In this document: piece after piece, positions 28,267 through 37,632 of the stretch | Layout: the number at the start of each line of letters is the position of its first letter | How positions within the stretch are numbered: the first letter of the stretch is position 1 | Source of the DNA: Nitrososphaerales archaeon | GTDB taxonomy: Archaea; Thermoproteota; Nitrososphaeria; Nitrososphaerales; Gagatemarchaeaceae | Direction of reading: 5' to 3' | DNA: 64,000 bases | NCBI GenBank assembly: GCA_049515775.1 | Contig: JBEKTS010000002.1 | Coordinates: 1 to 64,000, forward strand | The notes under the pieces: generated by a model | What the model was told of the DNA's origin: nothing | Database searches by the model: none | The model's input: the letters and a program-made list of their open reading frames with translations, nothing else | Program-made: the position numbers and the translations under genes

Positions 28267-29112
28267 ATGAGCCAGAGCGTCGGCAGGCCGATAGACGTAG
28301 GGGATTCCCTCTCCAGGTCCGCCCGCCTCGTCATCGAGAGACCGGCGCTCATGCTGCCGCAGTCCGTCGTCCTGGTCCTGTCCCTCGCAGGAGCCGCCCT
28401 GGGTGGCTCCTCGCTCGGCTATCTCCGGCTGGCCCTCGACGTGGTCTCCGGGCTGGTGACGGTGATCGTGGTGGGAGCCTATCCGTCGATGGTCCGGGCG
28501 GCGCTCACCGGCGGGCCTCTCTCGGTGACGGACTCGATGCGGATGGCGTTGCGGAGGTTCTGGACCCTGCTCGCCGCTGGCATCCTGGTGGGGCTGATCG
28601 TGTTCCTGGGCGTCTTCGCCCTCGTGGTGGGCGCGATCGTCTTCGCGACCTGGTACGCCTACACCGTCCCCGCGGTGATGCTGGAGGACAAGGGCGCCCT
28701 CGCCGGCATGGCCGCCAGCAAGGCGTTCGGGCGCGACAAGAAGCTCAGCACCTTCGCCATGTTCCTGGCCCTCGGGGTCATCGAGATCGTGATACTCTTC
28801 ATCGGGTTCCTGGTCGCGCTGGGCTCGTCCTCGTTGGGGGCGGTCATCACCTCGCTCCTCTCGGTCCCGCTGGGTGCCTTGGAGGGGGCGCTGATATCCT
28901 ACGTCTACATCACCTACGGGCCGTCCTCGGTCCCGGCCTCCTCCGCGGGAGTCTCGGGCTGGGGGGACGTTCCTCCTCCGGCGACCCCGCAGCCGCCACC
29001 CTTCCAACCGTCTGGCCCATCCGCGGTCCCTCCCGCGAGGTTCTGCCGGTTCTGCGGTTCGCCCCTCGAGCCCGACTCGAAGTTCTGTAGCGCCTGCGGG
29101 AACGCGCTGTGA
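28267..29112 (+). CDS. Polytopic membrane protein with C-terminal zinc-ribbon (CRFCGSPLEPDSKFCSACGNAL)
   Basis: About 6 TM helices. Pro-rich linker. Terminal CxxC-x9-CxxC. Confidence 0.6.
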   Translation: MSQSVGRPIDVGDSLSRSARLVIERPALMLPQSVVLVLSLAGAALGGSSLGYLRLALDVVSGLVTVIVVGAYPSMVRAALTGGPLSVTDSMRMALRRFWTLLAAGILVGLIVFLGVFALVVGAIVFATWYAYTVPAVMLEDKGALAGMAASKAFGRDKKLSTFAMFLALGVIEIVILFIGFLVALGSSSLGAVITSLLSVPLGALEGALISYVYITYGPSSVPASSAGVSGWGDVPPPATPQPPPFQPSGPSAVPPARFCRFCGSPLEPDSKFCSACGNAL

Positions 29113-29256
29113 GCCCCTCGCACCGGCGCCCGGAGTCGCTCACCTGAAGCCGGCCGCGACGGACTCCCTCAGCCTCTTCGAGGCCCCTCCTCCTCTTCTC
29201 TCCCGCGACCGTTCGCTTAAATCACCGCACCCCCGTCCCGCGGCTGAGCGCCTATC

Positions 29257-30024
29257 ATGGACTCGAGATGCAGACGGTTCGAAGGCAAGGTCGTCCTCGT
29301 GACCGGTGCCGCGAGGGGCATAGGGCTGGCCGTCGCAGCGGCCTTCGCAGCGGAGGGCGCGGTGCTCGCGCTCAACGACGTCTCGGACGACAACCTCCGG
29401 ACAGCCCTCTCGCGCGTCAGAGAGAGCTCGCCCGGCAGCAGGTCCTATCGCGCCGACGTGACGAGCGCGTCCGAGGTGCGCGAGATGGTCGACCGGATCG
29501 AGGCGGACCTCGACTGCGTCGACGTGCTCGTCAACAACGCAGGCATAGCCCTTCCCACCGGTACGCTGGACATCTCGGAGCAGGAGTGGGACCGGGTCCT
29601 CTCGGTCAACCTCAAGGGGGCCTTCCTGGTCTCCCAGCGGGTCATCGCCCTGATGGTCAGGAAGAAGAGGAAGGGGAGGGTCGTGATGATGGGCAGCCTC
29701 TCGGGCAAGATGGGCGGCGTCGCGACCGGTCTGCACTACAGCGTCTCCAAGGGCGGGCTGATCGTGATGGCGCGCCAGCTGGCGCGGGAGTTCGCCCCGG
29801 CCGGGATAAACGTCAACGCGGTCGCGCCCTCGTTCGCCGACACCGACATGCTGAAGGACCTGAAGCTAGAGTCGAAGAAGGAGGAGCTCGCCAGGATGAA
29901 CGTCATACCGCGCCTGGCGACACCCGACGACGTCGCGAACGCCGTCCTCTTCCTGAGCGCGGATGCGTCGTCCTTCATAACGGGAGAGACGATTAACGTG
30001 GCCGGCGGCCGCCTCATGGACTGA
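29257..30024 (+). CDS. SDR-family oxidoreductase (FabG-like 3-oxoacyl reductase)
   Basis: TGAARGIGLA, NNAG, and an S...Y(SVS)K catalytic triad. Confidence 0.85.
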   Translation: MDSRCRRFEGKVVLVTGAARGIGLAVAAAFAAEGAVLALNDVSDDNLRTALSRVRESSPGSRSYRADVTSASEVREMVDRIEADLDCVDVLVNNAGIALPTGTLDISEQEWDRVLSVNLKGAFLVSQRVIALMVRKKRKGRVVMMGSLSGKMGGVATGLHYSVSKGGLIVMARQLAREFAPAGINVNAVAPSFADTDMLKDLKLESKKEELARMNVIPRLATPDDVANAVLFLSADASSFITGETINVAGGRLMD

Positions 30025-30129
30025 GGCCCAAGCCGGCTCCCCCTCGACACCCGCCGCCCACCCCTGAGAGCTGAGCGAGCGGACGACGGGGCTCGTCGCC
30101 GCACGGCCGCAGGGGGTGACCGTCGTCTC

Positions 30130-30831
30130 CTAGGCGCCCGGAGGGAAGACCCTGTCGTAGGCTTCCTTGGCGCGGAGCCTGAGCTCCTCCGCCTCAGCCA
30201 GCTCGCTGGAGTGGATCTCGCCGCGCCTCTTCCAGAGCCAGGAGTAGAACGCCTCGATCTTCATGAAGTATCCCTCGGAGAGGGCCTGCACGTCGACGTC
30301 CTCCTTCAACGACTCCAGCATCCTCCTCTGGTTGTCGTTCCATTCGTCCCAGGCCTGCAGCTGCTTCACCCGTATCCTGAACGGGACGTCCTGACCGCGG
30401 ACGAGAGAGGCGAGCAGCGAATCGACGTGCGGCGAGACGGCGCGCAGCCCCTGGGCCAGCTTGAACTCCGGCTCGTAGGTGAACCGCCTGTCGATCTCGG
30501 ACTGGATCTCCTTCGCGGGCTCGGTCTCCCCGTAGAGCTTCCTGCAGTGCCTCCTGGTGTGGTCGATCGCCTCGTAGGCCGAGGAGACGAAGGACTCGAG
30601 CCTGCGCGCTACCTCCTCGACCGCGAGCGCCAGCGCGGGGTTCTCGGCCCCCTGGGGAGACGAGGCGGCCTCCCTCCTCAGGGAGGCGAGCGACTGGACG
30701 AGCTCGTCCCTGTTCCTCGAGACCATCCTGAGGACCCTCTTCTCGTTGTTGATCTCGCTGTGGACCCTGAACCCGGGCGAGCCCTTGAACTCGTTCGTTA
30801 GCCTCCTCAGCTCGGCGGCGTCGGCAGCCAT
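30130..30831 (-). CDS. Hypothetical soluble alpha-helical/coiled-coil protein, downstream operon partner of the flotillin
   Basis: 51-nt gap after the flotillin stop on the same strand. No TM helices and no known motifs. High GC3. Confidence 0.5.
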   Translation of the reverse strand: MAADAAELRRLTNEFKGSPGFRVHSEINNEKRVLRMVSRNRDELVQSLASLRREAASSPQGAENPALALAVEEVARRLESFVSSAYEAIDHTRRHCRKLYGETEPAKEIQSEIDRRFTYEPEFKLAQGLRAVSPHVDSLLASLVRGQDVPFRIRVKQLQAWDEWNDNQRRMLESLKEDVDVQALSEGYFMKIEAFYSWLWKRRGEIHSSELAEAEELRLRAKEAYDRVFPPGA

Positions 30832-30882
30832 CGGCGCCCGGCCTGGCGCTGCGGGATATTTGCTTGTCTGCCCGCCCCCCGC

Positions 30883-32985
30883 CTACTGCTTGGACGACTG
30901 GCCGGGCTTGGCTCCCGGCAGCGGCGTCGCCGGGGCAGTCGCCGAGCCGGCCATCGTTACCGAGCCCGTCGTCACGGACGGAGAGGAAGAGGGGGAGCTG
31001 CTCCCGTCTCCTCCGCCCTCATCGCCGCCGTCCGTCCCGTCCCCGACCAGGTTCGAGACGTAGGGCTGCTCGTGGGGCCTCTGGTACGGCGCCAGCGGTC
31101 TGGCGCCCTCGCCCGAGAGCAGGGTCGCCAGGTACGTGGTCAGGATGGTGTTCGAGGCGCCGCCCGCCCCGCCGTCGGACATCACCAGCGTCCTCGGGGT
31201 GATGACCTCGGGCTGGACGTCCTTGAGCCTGTCGAACGCCCCGAGCAGCGCCACCCTGTCCGAGCCTATCACGTCGGCCTGGGCGTGGTAGGCGTCGGCC
31301 TGAGCCTCCCCGACCCTCCTCACGGCGGCGGCGTCTCCGTCGGCCTTGATGATCGTCGAGTCCCTGTAGCCCTCGGCCTGCTTGACCGCGGCCTTGGCGT
31401 TGTTGGCGTTGATCTCCACCTGCAGCGCCGCCTGGACGACGACCGGCTGGAGGTTCGCCCTGGCGGTCTTCTCCTGGACGGCGATCCTCTGCTCCTCGGC
31501 CAGGGCCTGCTGCTGGTACTGGGCCTGCTGCTGCATCGCGATCTCCTTCTGCGTCTGGGTGGCGAGCAGGTTCTCGTCGACGTCTATGTACGAGATGAGC
31601 AGGTTCTGGGCCTCCACGTGGTACTTCTCGAACTCGGTCCTGGCCTTCTCTAGCGCCTCCTGCTGGAGCTGGGTCCTCGACTGGACAAACTCGAGGGCCT
31701 TCTTCTCCCCCGCGTTGTTCCGGAACGACGCGTCGATCAGGGGGTGGACGATCTGCTGGATGAGGTTGAAGACCGAGCCGAACCTGGCGATGACAAAGGC
31801 GGCGTTCTCCGGGTTGATCCTGATGACCATGCGGACGTCGACCTCGAGCTGGAACCCGTCCTTCGACGTGACCTTGAGCTGGTTGAACTGGAAGTAAGAC
31901 ACCCCCTGGACCGTCTGGGGCGTGAGGTAGGGGTAGTCCGAGGTGTCCTTGGTCGGGGCCGCGGGGGCCCTCGACATCGTGGGCGCCGAGGGCCTCTCGG
32001 TGTCGGCCCAGTCGACCATGATCGCGCTCGTCGGGACCGGGTAGGCGGTGTATGCGACGGTGTTGAGGTTGTACTTGCCCGGCGCGATGGGGTCCTTCCA
32101 GATCCCCCGAGTGCTCTTGTCGGTCACCAGAAGGGTCTCGGCCTCGTGGATGTCCTCGTCCATCGTCGTCGCGCCCGGGGCGACCGCCGGGACCTGGCTC
32201 CTCTCGAGCTCCTCCCCGACGTTGGACCTGATCACCGCGACGAACCCCGGCGGTATCTCGTAGACGTCGTTCACCTTCACGTTGAAGAGCAGCGTGTTGA
32301 TGTAGTACTGGCCCGGCTGCAGGGTGGCCAGCTGGGGCCCCCTGTACCCTTCGCTCTCGACGAACGCCTGTCCGTCCTGGAAGTAGTTGTGCGACCTCGC
32401 GCTGGGGTGCGCGCCGTCGGGCGCGGTCAGCGGCTCCGGCGCCACGATGAGCCTCGAGGGAAGGGGCTGCCCGTCCTGGGCCGTGATGAGCCCGATCTTC
32501 TCGGGGAGGATCAGCGTCGCCTTGATCTTGGTCACGGCGAACGCCAGGGTGTTTATCCTGTAGCGGCCGGGGCGGAGGATGCCGATCTGGGGGCCCTTGA
32601 ACCCTCCGTTGTCGAGGAACTTCTCGGCGTCCTGGAACTGGTCGCACTCGACCTCGTCCCCGAGCAGCCTTCCCTTGGGCAGGGGACGGCCGTCGACCGA
32701 CTCGATCAGACCCACCTCGTCGGAGGCGATCTCGGTGATCGTGACCTTCCTGACGTTCCAGATTATCGGGTTCCTGAAGTAGAGTCCCGGCATCAGCGTG
32801 TGCGCCTGGATGCCGATCTGGCCGTGCCTCGCGATTATCTGGCCCTCGGGCATCGTCAGCCCCGAGAACTTTCGGACTAGGATCCCCACCTCGCTCGATC
32901 GGACCTCGAAGACCCCCTTCAGGATGAACGCGATGACGGCCAGCCCCGCGACTGCGGCCACGATCAGGAGCGTCTCGTCGACCAA
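30883..32985 (-). CDS. Flotillin-like SPFH/band-7 protein (YqiK/FloT type) with triple N-terminal repeats
   Basis: N-terminal TM. Three about 50-aa repeats (G.Q...L.PG.Y.IN.L.F.V...). SPFH core (TSKDGFQLEVDVRMVIRI). Long Ala/Gln-rich flotillin coiled coil. Gly/Ser-rich tail. Confidence 0.8.
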   Translation of the reverse strand: MVDETLLIVAAVAGLAVIAFILKGVFEVRSSEVGILVRKFSGLTMPEGQIIARHGQIGIQAHTLMPGLYFRNPIIWNVRKVTITEIASDEVGLIESVDGRPLPKGRLLGDEVECDQFQDAEKFLDNGGFKGPQIGILRPGRYRINTLAFAVTKIKATLILPEKIGLITAQDGQPLPSRLIVAPEPLTAPDGAHPSARSHNYFQDGQAFVESEGYRGPQLATLQPGQYYINTLLFNVKVNDVYEIPPGFVAVIRSNVGEELERSQVPAVAPGATTMDEDIHEAETLLVTDKSTRGIWKDPIAPGKYNLNTVAYTAYPVPTSAIMVDWADTERPSAPTMSRAPAAPTKDTSDYPYLTPQTVQGVSYFQFNQLKVTSKDGFQLEVDVRMVIRINPENAAFVIARFGSVFNLIQQIVHPLIDASFRNNAGEKKALEFVQSRTQLQQEALEKARTEFEKYHVEAQNLLISYIDVDENLLATQTQKEIAMQQQAQYQQQALAEEQRIAVQEKTARANLQPVVVQAALQVEINANNAKAAVKQAEGYRDSTIIKADGDAAAVRRVGEAQADAYHAQADVIGSDRVALLGAFDRLKDVQPEVITPRTLVMSDGGAGGASNTILTTYLATLLSGEGARPLAPYQRPHEQPYVSNLVGDGTDGGDEGGGDGSSSPSSSPSVTTGSVTMAGSATAPATPLPGAKPGQSSKQ

Positions 32986-33061
32986 CTCGCTATGCCTCCT
33001 TTGTCCGGAAAGTGAAAACTTCTATAAAGTTTTTCTCAAGTTTTTCCCTTTTCCTCCTCCC

Positions 33062-33901
33062 ATGGCGTCGCCTCCGCGGCGCGGGCGATGCTTTTCTACA
33101 CCTCCGCCCGCCTCGCCTGGCGTGGATTGGGCGAGAAGGATCTTCGTCAGGAACGCCAGGCTCTACGAGCTCGTCCTGGAGGGGATGTGGGAGCGGGGCG
33201 AGGAGGACGCGCTCGCGATATCGAGCCTCCTCCAGGAGAGGGGGATGGGCACCACGACCCGGATCCTCGACGTACCCTGCGGGACCGGGAGGGTCGGCCT
33301 CCCCCTGGCCCAGCTGGGGTACACCGTCGCCGGGGTAGACCTCTCGCCCCACCTGGTCTCGGTGGCGTCCACGAAGGCCCGGAGGCTGGGCGTCGCCTCC
33401 AGAGTGTCCTTCGCGACGGGCTCGATGTCGGACCTCACCGCCTTCGCAGAGGGCTCGTTCGACTGCGCGATCAACGTCTTCACGAGCATCGGCTACGGCA
33501 CCGAGCGCGACGACGAGGCGTTCTTCGGGCAGCTCAGGCGCGTCGTGAAGCCCGGAGGGGCCTTCGTGATCTCCGGGCTCCGGAACAGGGACTACATCGT
33601 GAACCACACCGCCCAGAACGTCTTCGAGGAGAGCGAGAAGCTGCTCGTGCTCGACCGCTACTCGTTCGACGTGGCCAGCTCTCGAGAGCGGGGGTCGTGG
33701 AGGTTCTACCTGAAGGTCGGGAGCGCGCTGAAGTTCGCCGGAGAGTTCCCGACCGACATCAGGGTCTACTCGCCCCACGAGCTCGTCTCGATGCTCGATG
33801 CGACCGGCTGGCGCCTCGCCGGGCTCTACGGCTCGCTGCTGACGAGGGCTCCCTTCACCCCGGCGTCACCCGTCTGCGCGCTCGTCGCCGAGGCGGTCTG
33901 A
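33062..33901 (+). CDS. Class I SAM-dependent methyltransferase
   Basis: Motif I ILDVPCGTGRVGLPLA, motif II FDCAINVFTS, motif III VVKPGGAFV. ATG 33062 chosen. A TATA-rich divergent promoter lies at 32990-33060. Confidence 0.75.
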   Translation: MASPPRRGRCFSTPPPASPGVDWARRIFVRNARLYELVLEGMWERGEEDALAISSLLQERGMGTTTRILDVPCGTGRVGLPLAQLGYTVAGVDLSPHLVSVASTKARRLGVASRVSFATGSMSDLTAFAEGSFDCAINVFTSIGYGTERDDEAFFGQLRRVVKPGGAFVISGLRNRDYIVNHTAQNVFEESEKLLVLDRYSFDVASSRERGSWRFYLKVGSALKFAGEFPTDIRVYSPHELVSMLDATGWRLAGLYGSLLTRAPFTPASPVCALVAEAV

Positions 33902-34146
33902 GCGAGCCGCGCCTTCTGGGCGCGGCTCATCCCCTTTATCTGGCGCTCCCTCCTCAGCGCCGAGGACCGGCTCCCGCAGGGCTCGTGGTAGACCAGGACG
34001 ACGGGCCTGCGCGTCCTGGTGAACCGGGCGCCCCTCGCCCCGCTGTTGTGCTGGTCCACCCTCCGCTCGATGTCGACGGTGCACCCGGTGTAGAACTCCC
34101 CGGTCCTGCACCTGACGATGTAGACCTCCCACACGGCCGCGCTCAC
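33826..34146 (-). CDS. GIY-YIG nuclease-family protein (UPF0213/YhbQ-like)
   Basis: WEVYIVRCRTGEFYTGCTVDIERRVDQHNSG...RRPVVLVYHE...RERQIKGMSRAQK. Confidence 0.75.
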   Translation of the reverse strand: MSAAVWEVYIVRCRTGEFYTGCTVDIERRVDQHNSGARGARFTRTRRPVVLVYHEPCGSRSSALRRERQIKGMSRAQKARLAQTASATSAQTGDAGVKGALVSSEP

Positions 34147-34185
34147 CCAAGAAGATAAGAACCCCGCGGCGATAAACGATTGCCA

Positions 34186-34341
34186 ATGACGTACGAGAAG
34201 AAGGAGTCGCAGATGCGCTGCCCGGGCTGCAAGAGGTTCTCCCTGAAGAGGGGGGCGACAGCGGTCTCGTGCGGCACCTGCGGGTACACCCTCTCCCCCG
34301 GGGAAGAGGCCCGGTTCAGGCTCTACGAGCTTCTAAAGTGA
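34186..34341 (+). CDS. Small zinc-ribbon protein (51 aa; CPGC...CGTC)
   Basis: ATG 34186 to TGA 34341. MTYEKKESQMRCPGCKRFSLKRGATAVSCGTCGYTLSPGEEARFRLYELLK. Not in the ORF track (below 60 aa). Confidence 0.4.
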   Translation: MTYEKKESQMRCPGCKRFSLKRGATAVSCGTCGYTLSPGEEARFRLYELLK

Positions 34342-34371
34342 GGTCCCAGGGCCGAGGCGGCCCGTCGTCTC

Positions 34372-34815
34372 TCAGCCCTTCTTCCCGTTCACGATGCCGT
34401 AGACGACGCGCATGCAAGCGTCCATCACGAACGGGATCCCGTTGGCGCCAAGCATCATCTTCGCCTCTTCGTTCTCGAGCCCCGACTGCGACCAGAAGAC
34501 GTACTCCCTTCCCTGCCTCTTCGAGAGGTCGATCACCTGGCGCGCCACCTGCGGCAGCTCCGCGCTCGGCCTGAAGACCTCGACGATGTCCACCTCCCTC
34601 GCGACCTCATCCGGGAGCGACCCTAGCGAGGGGAACGCCCTCTCGCCGAATATCTCACCGGCCGAGGGGTTGATCGGGACTATGCGGTACCCCTTCTCCT
34701 TGAGGAAGGCGGGGATGACGTGCGCGTCCTTCTGCGGGTTGGTCGAGGCGCCCACGACCGCGATGACCCTGCTTCCCTTCATGACGTCCAGAGGGGAGAC
34801 CGTGGCGCTGGTCAT
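34372..34815 (-). CDS. CoA-binding domain protein (YccU/YneT-like)
   Basis: RVIAVVGASTNPQKDAHVIPAFLKEKGYRIVPINP. Confidence 0.8.
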   Translation of the reverse strand: MTSATVSPLDVMKGSRVIAVVGASTNPQKDAHVIPAFLKEKGYRIVPINPSAGEIFGERAFPSLGSLPDEVAREVDIVEVFRPSAELPQVARQVIDLSKRQGREYVFWSQSGLENEEAKMMLGANGIPFVMDACMRVVYGIVNGKKG

Positions 34816-34885
34816 GGGTGGAGACGGGCCTCCCCCGTTTATATCTCTCCCTCCTTTCTCCCTCCCCTTGCGCCGACCCGCCGTC

Positions 34886-36037
34886 TCACTTTGTGACGAG
34901 GGTGAGTATGTCCTCGTCCATGAGCCTGTGGGTCAGCCCGACGCGCTGGCCGCCGAACTTGACGGACCTCCCCCAGATCAGGGCATACCGGAACTCGTCC
35001 TTGATGTTCCTGTGGACCTTGTTGCAGACCTCGAGGACGCTCGAGCCGTTCCTGATGATCATGGGCTCCTCAAAGTCCGTCTCGCCGGTCCTCCTCCGCA
35101 TGTAGATCCTGACAAAGTCCAGCTTCTTGTATATCTCCTCCTTGAGGGCCGCTATGTTGACGCCCGCCTCGGCCGAGACCGGGACGAACTTGTAGGGCAG
35201 CTTCGCGGTGAGCTCGTTGGTGAATCCGGCGTTCACGAGGTCTATCTTGTTCATGACCGTCAGCGACGGGCTGTAGACCCTGTTCCCGAGCAGGACGTCG
35301 ATCAGCTGCTCGTCGTCGATGTCCTCCCTTAGCACGACCCGGGCGCTGTTGTACTCGTAGACCCGGAGCATCTCCTTCACGAGCTGCTCGGTGATCTTCG
35401 TCAGCTTCACCGTCGAGGTGACCGCGATCCCCCCCGAGGTCGACGACTCGATGACGACGTTGGGAGGCTCGACGTCGACCCTTATCCCTGTGCTCCTCAG
35501 CTCCTTCTCGAGCAGCATCCTGGCCTCGGGTTGGAAGACGTCGACGACGAAGAGGACCAGGTCGGCGTTCCTGGCGACCGCGAGGACCCTCTTCCCGAGA
35601 CCCCTCCCCGAGGACGCGCCCTGGATGATGCCCGGGAGGTCGAGGACCTGTATCCTCGCGCCCTTGTAGTCCATCACCCCCGGGACGACGTCCAGCGTCG
35701 TGAACTCGTAGGCCGCGACCTTCGACTTTGCGTTCGTCAGCCTGTTCAGCAGGGTGGACTTGCCGACGGACGGCAGCCCTATCAGCACGACCGTCCCGTC
35801 CCCGGACTTCTTCACGTCGAAGCCCAGGGCGCTGCCGGACCGCCTGGACTGCTGCTCCTCCTGCTCCTTTCTCAGCTTGGAGAGCTTGGCCCTGAGGAGC
35901 CCCACGTGGTGCTCCGTCTTCTTGTTGACCTGCGTCCGGTGCAGGTCGTCCTCTATGCGCTTGATCTTCTCAGGGATGCCCAAGCTCGACCGGTCTCCAC
36001 GATGCGCTCTTCTCTTCGGACCTCGCCCACCGCCCAC
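34886..36037 (-). CDS. Developmentally-regulated GTP-binding protein (DRG/Rbg1, Obg family) with TGS domain
   Basis: G1 GLPSVGKSTLLN, G3 DLPGII, G4 NKID, and the DRG N-terminus GIPEKIKRIEDDLHRTQVNKKTEHH. The start may be internal. Confidence 0.85.
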   Translation of the reverse strand: MGGGRGPKRRAHRGDRSSLGIPEKIKRIEDDLHRTQVNKKTEHHVGLLRAKLSKLRKEQEEQQSRRSGSALGFDVKKSGDGTVVLIGLPSVGKSTLLNRLTNAKSKVAAYEFTTLDVVPGVMDYKGARIQVLDLPGIIQGASSGRGLGKRVLAVARNADLVLFVVDVFQPEARMLLEKELRSTGIRVDVEPPNVVIESSTSGGIAVTSTVKLTKITEQLVKEMLRVYEYNSARVVLREDIDDEQLIDVLLGNRVYSPSLTVMNKIDLVNAGFTNELTAKLPYKFVPVSAEAGVNIAALKEEIYKKLDFVRIYMRRRTGETDFEEPMIIRNGSSVLEVCNKVHRNIKDEFRYALIWGRSVKFGGQRVGLTHRLMDEDILTLVTK

Positions 36038-36083
36038 GACTTAAACGTTCAAATGCGCTCTCCGCGGGCGCGGACCCGCCTTG

Positions 36084-36239
36084 ATGTGCGACCGCTGCCA
36101 CGCCGGACAGATGCTCGAGTACCAGAGGAAGGTCGGCGCCGGCCCGAAGGCGACGACCCTGCTGGGGAGGAAGTGTGAGAGGTGCGGGTACACGCAGCTC
36201 GACAGCGACGACGACGTCTGGGCGGCCGTCGGCCTCTAG
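36084..36239 (+). CDS. Small zinc-ribbon protein (51 aa; CDRC...CERCG)
   Basis: ATG 36084 to TAG 36239. MCDRCHAGQMLEYQRKVGAGPKATTLLGRKCERCGYTQLDSDDDVWAAVGL. Confidence 0.4.
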   Translation: MCDRCHAGQMLEYQRKVGAGPKATTLLGRKCERCGYTQLDSDDDVWAAVGL

Positions 36240-36252
36240 GCGGCTCCCGGCC

Positions 36253-37266
36253 CTAGGCGTATTCGCTCCTGTCGACCACGTTGAGGACCTCCTCGCCCCT
36301 GAAGTAGCGCAGGACGTTCTGCACCGCAGCCCGCAGCGGGCCCCTCCCGGCCACCGCGCTCGGTCCGGAGGCGTGCGGGGTGCCTATGAAGTTCCCGAGC
36401 TCCAGGAGGGGCCGCCTCGGAGAGTAGGACTCCTCCCCGTCCGCCCCCGCCCACCAGACGTCCGTGGCGTAGCAGAACCCGGCGTTGGCGACCAGGTGCT
36501 CGTAGATCGCGTCCTCGTCGACGACCTCCGCCCTCGCGACGTTCACCAGGACCGCGTCCCTCTTCATCGTCGAGAGCTCGGCCCGGCCGATCATGCCCCT
36601 GGTCGACCCGTTCAGGGGGACCGCCAGCACCAGCGCGTCCGAGTCGCGCAGGACCCTCTCGAGCCCCTCCCTGCCTCGCAGCACCGCTATGCCCGGCGCC
36701 TCCTCCCCCTCGCCGGCCGGTCTCCTGGCGAGCGCAGCCACCTCCATCCCGAACGACCTCCCGATCCTCGCGACACCCCTCCCGATACCGCCGTAGCCGA
36801 TGACCCCGAGCGTCCTGCCCTTCAGGACGAGGACCTCCCTGCCCAGCTCCGGGGTGGGCGGTCTCACGAAACCCTTCTGCCTCATGGCCGCGTCGAACCT
36901 CACGATCCTCTTGGCGGCCGAGAGCAGGAGGCCCCAGGCGAACTCGGCCACCTCGTCAGAGTAGCCTCCGGCGTTGCTGCAGACCACGACCCCACCGGGG
37001 AGAGCCCCGAACGGCACGTGGTTGACACCCGCCAGCCCCGACTGGACCAGCGAGAGCCGGGACATCCTCGCGACCCTGGCGCGGTCGAGCCTTCCAGGCC
37101 AGAGCTGGACGAGGAGGCAGTCCACCGAAGGGAGGAGCGCGTCCAGCTCGTCGTCCTTCAGCTCGCTCAACCGATGGACCTCGGCGTGCTCGGCCACCCC
37201 CTCGAACTCCTCCATCGGGAAGTCCGACCCGAGGAGGAGGATCCGCTTGGCAGCTCCCTCTTTCAA
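36253..37266 (-). CDS. D-isomer-specific 2-hydroxyacid dehydrogenase (glyoxylate/hydroxypyruvate reductase or PGDH-like)
   Basis: NAD-binding GVIGYGGIGRGVARI. Catalytic R/E/H context FIGTPHASG. Confidence 0.85.
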   Translation of the reverse strand: MKEGAAKRILLLGSDFPMEEFEGVAEHAEVHRLSELKDDELDALLPSVDCLLVQLWPGRLDRARVARMSRLSLVQSGLAGVNHVPFGALPGGVVVCSNAGGYSDEVAEFAWGLLLSAAKRIVRFDAAMRQKGFVRPPTPELGREVLVLKGRTLGVIGYGGIGRGVARIGRSFGMEVAALARRPAGEGEEAPGIAVLRGREGLERVLRDSDALVLAVPLNGSTRGMIGRAELSTMKRDAVLVNVARAEVVDEDAIYEHLVANAGFCYATDVWWAGADGEESYSPRRPLLELGNFIGTPHASGPSAVAGRGPLRAAVQNVLRYFRGEEVLNVVDRSEYA

Positions 37267-37341
37267 CGGAAGCCTCTAGTTCGCGCTCTATTCAAACCCT
37301 CCAGCAAAACCCATTAATCGAAGAGGACCGCCGCGGCCGCG

Positions 37342-37626
37342 TTGGCCAAGCGAGCCTTTACGATCGACACCGGCGGGGAGAAGATCGAGGTGGAGGGCCA
37401 CGAGCACAAGAACGTCGCCGTGAAGTACCTCATGAAGAGGAGGAGGAGCCTCCTCTCCACCAAGGACCCCGAGAAGGTCGAGCGGCTCTTCACGGAGCTC
37501 CCCGTGAGGGTCTCGATAGTCGGGAAGCAGGTCACCAGGTCCTACGTCGTCGCCTGGGAGAGGACGGGCACGGGCGAGTTCGCGGGAGCCAGGTTCACGT
37601 TCACGATGGAAGAAGAGAAGGCCTGA
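37342..37626 (+). CDS. Hypothetical protein (94 aa)
   Basis: High GC3. 6-nt gap to the following HExxH gene. Confidence 0.4.
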   Translation: MAKRAFTIDTGGEKIEVEGHEHKNVAVKYLMKRRRSLLSTKDPEKVERLFTELPVRVSIVGKQVTRSYVVAWERTGTGEFAGARFTFTMEEEKA

Positions 37627-37632
37627 CCGCGG

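Noticed and set aside
31019-32880. Long alternative-frame ORFs (31019-32647 minus, 31744-32880 plus) over the flotillin gene
   Set aside because: RG-rich nonsense translations. The flotillin frame has SPFH and coiled-coil signatures.
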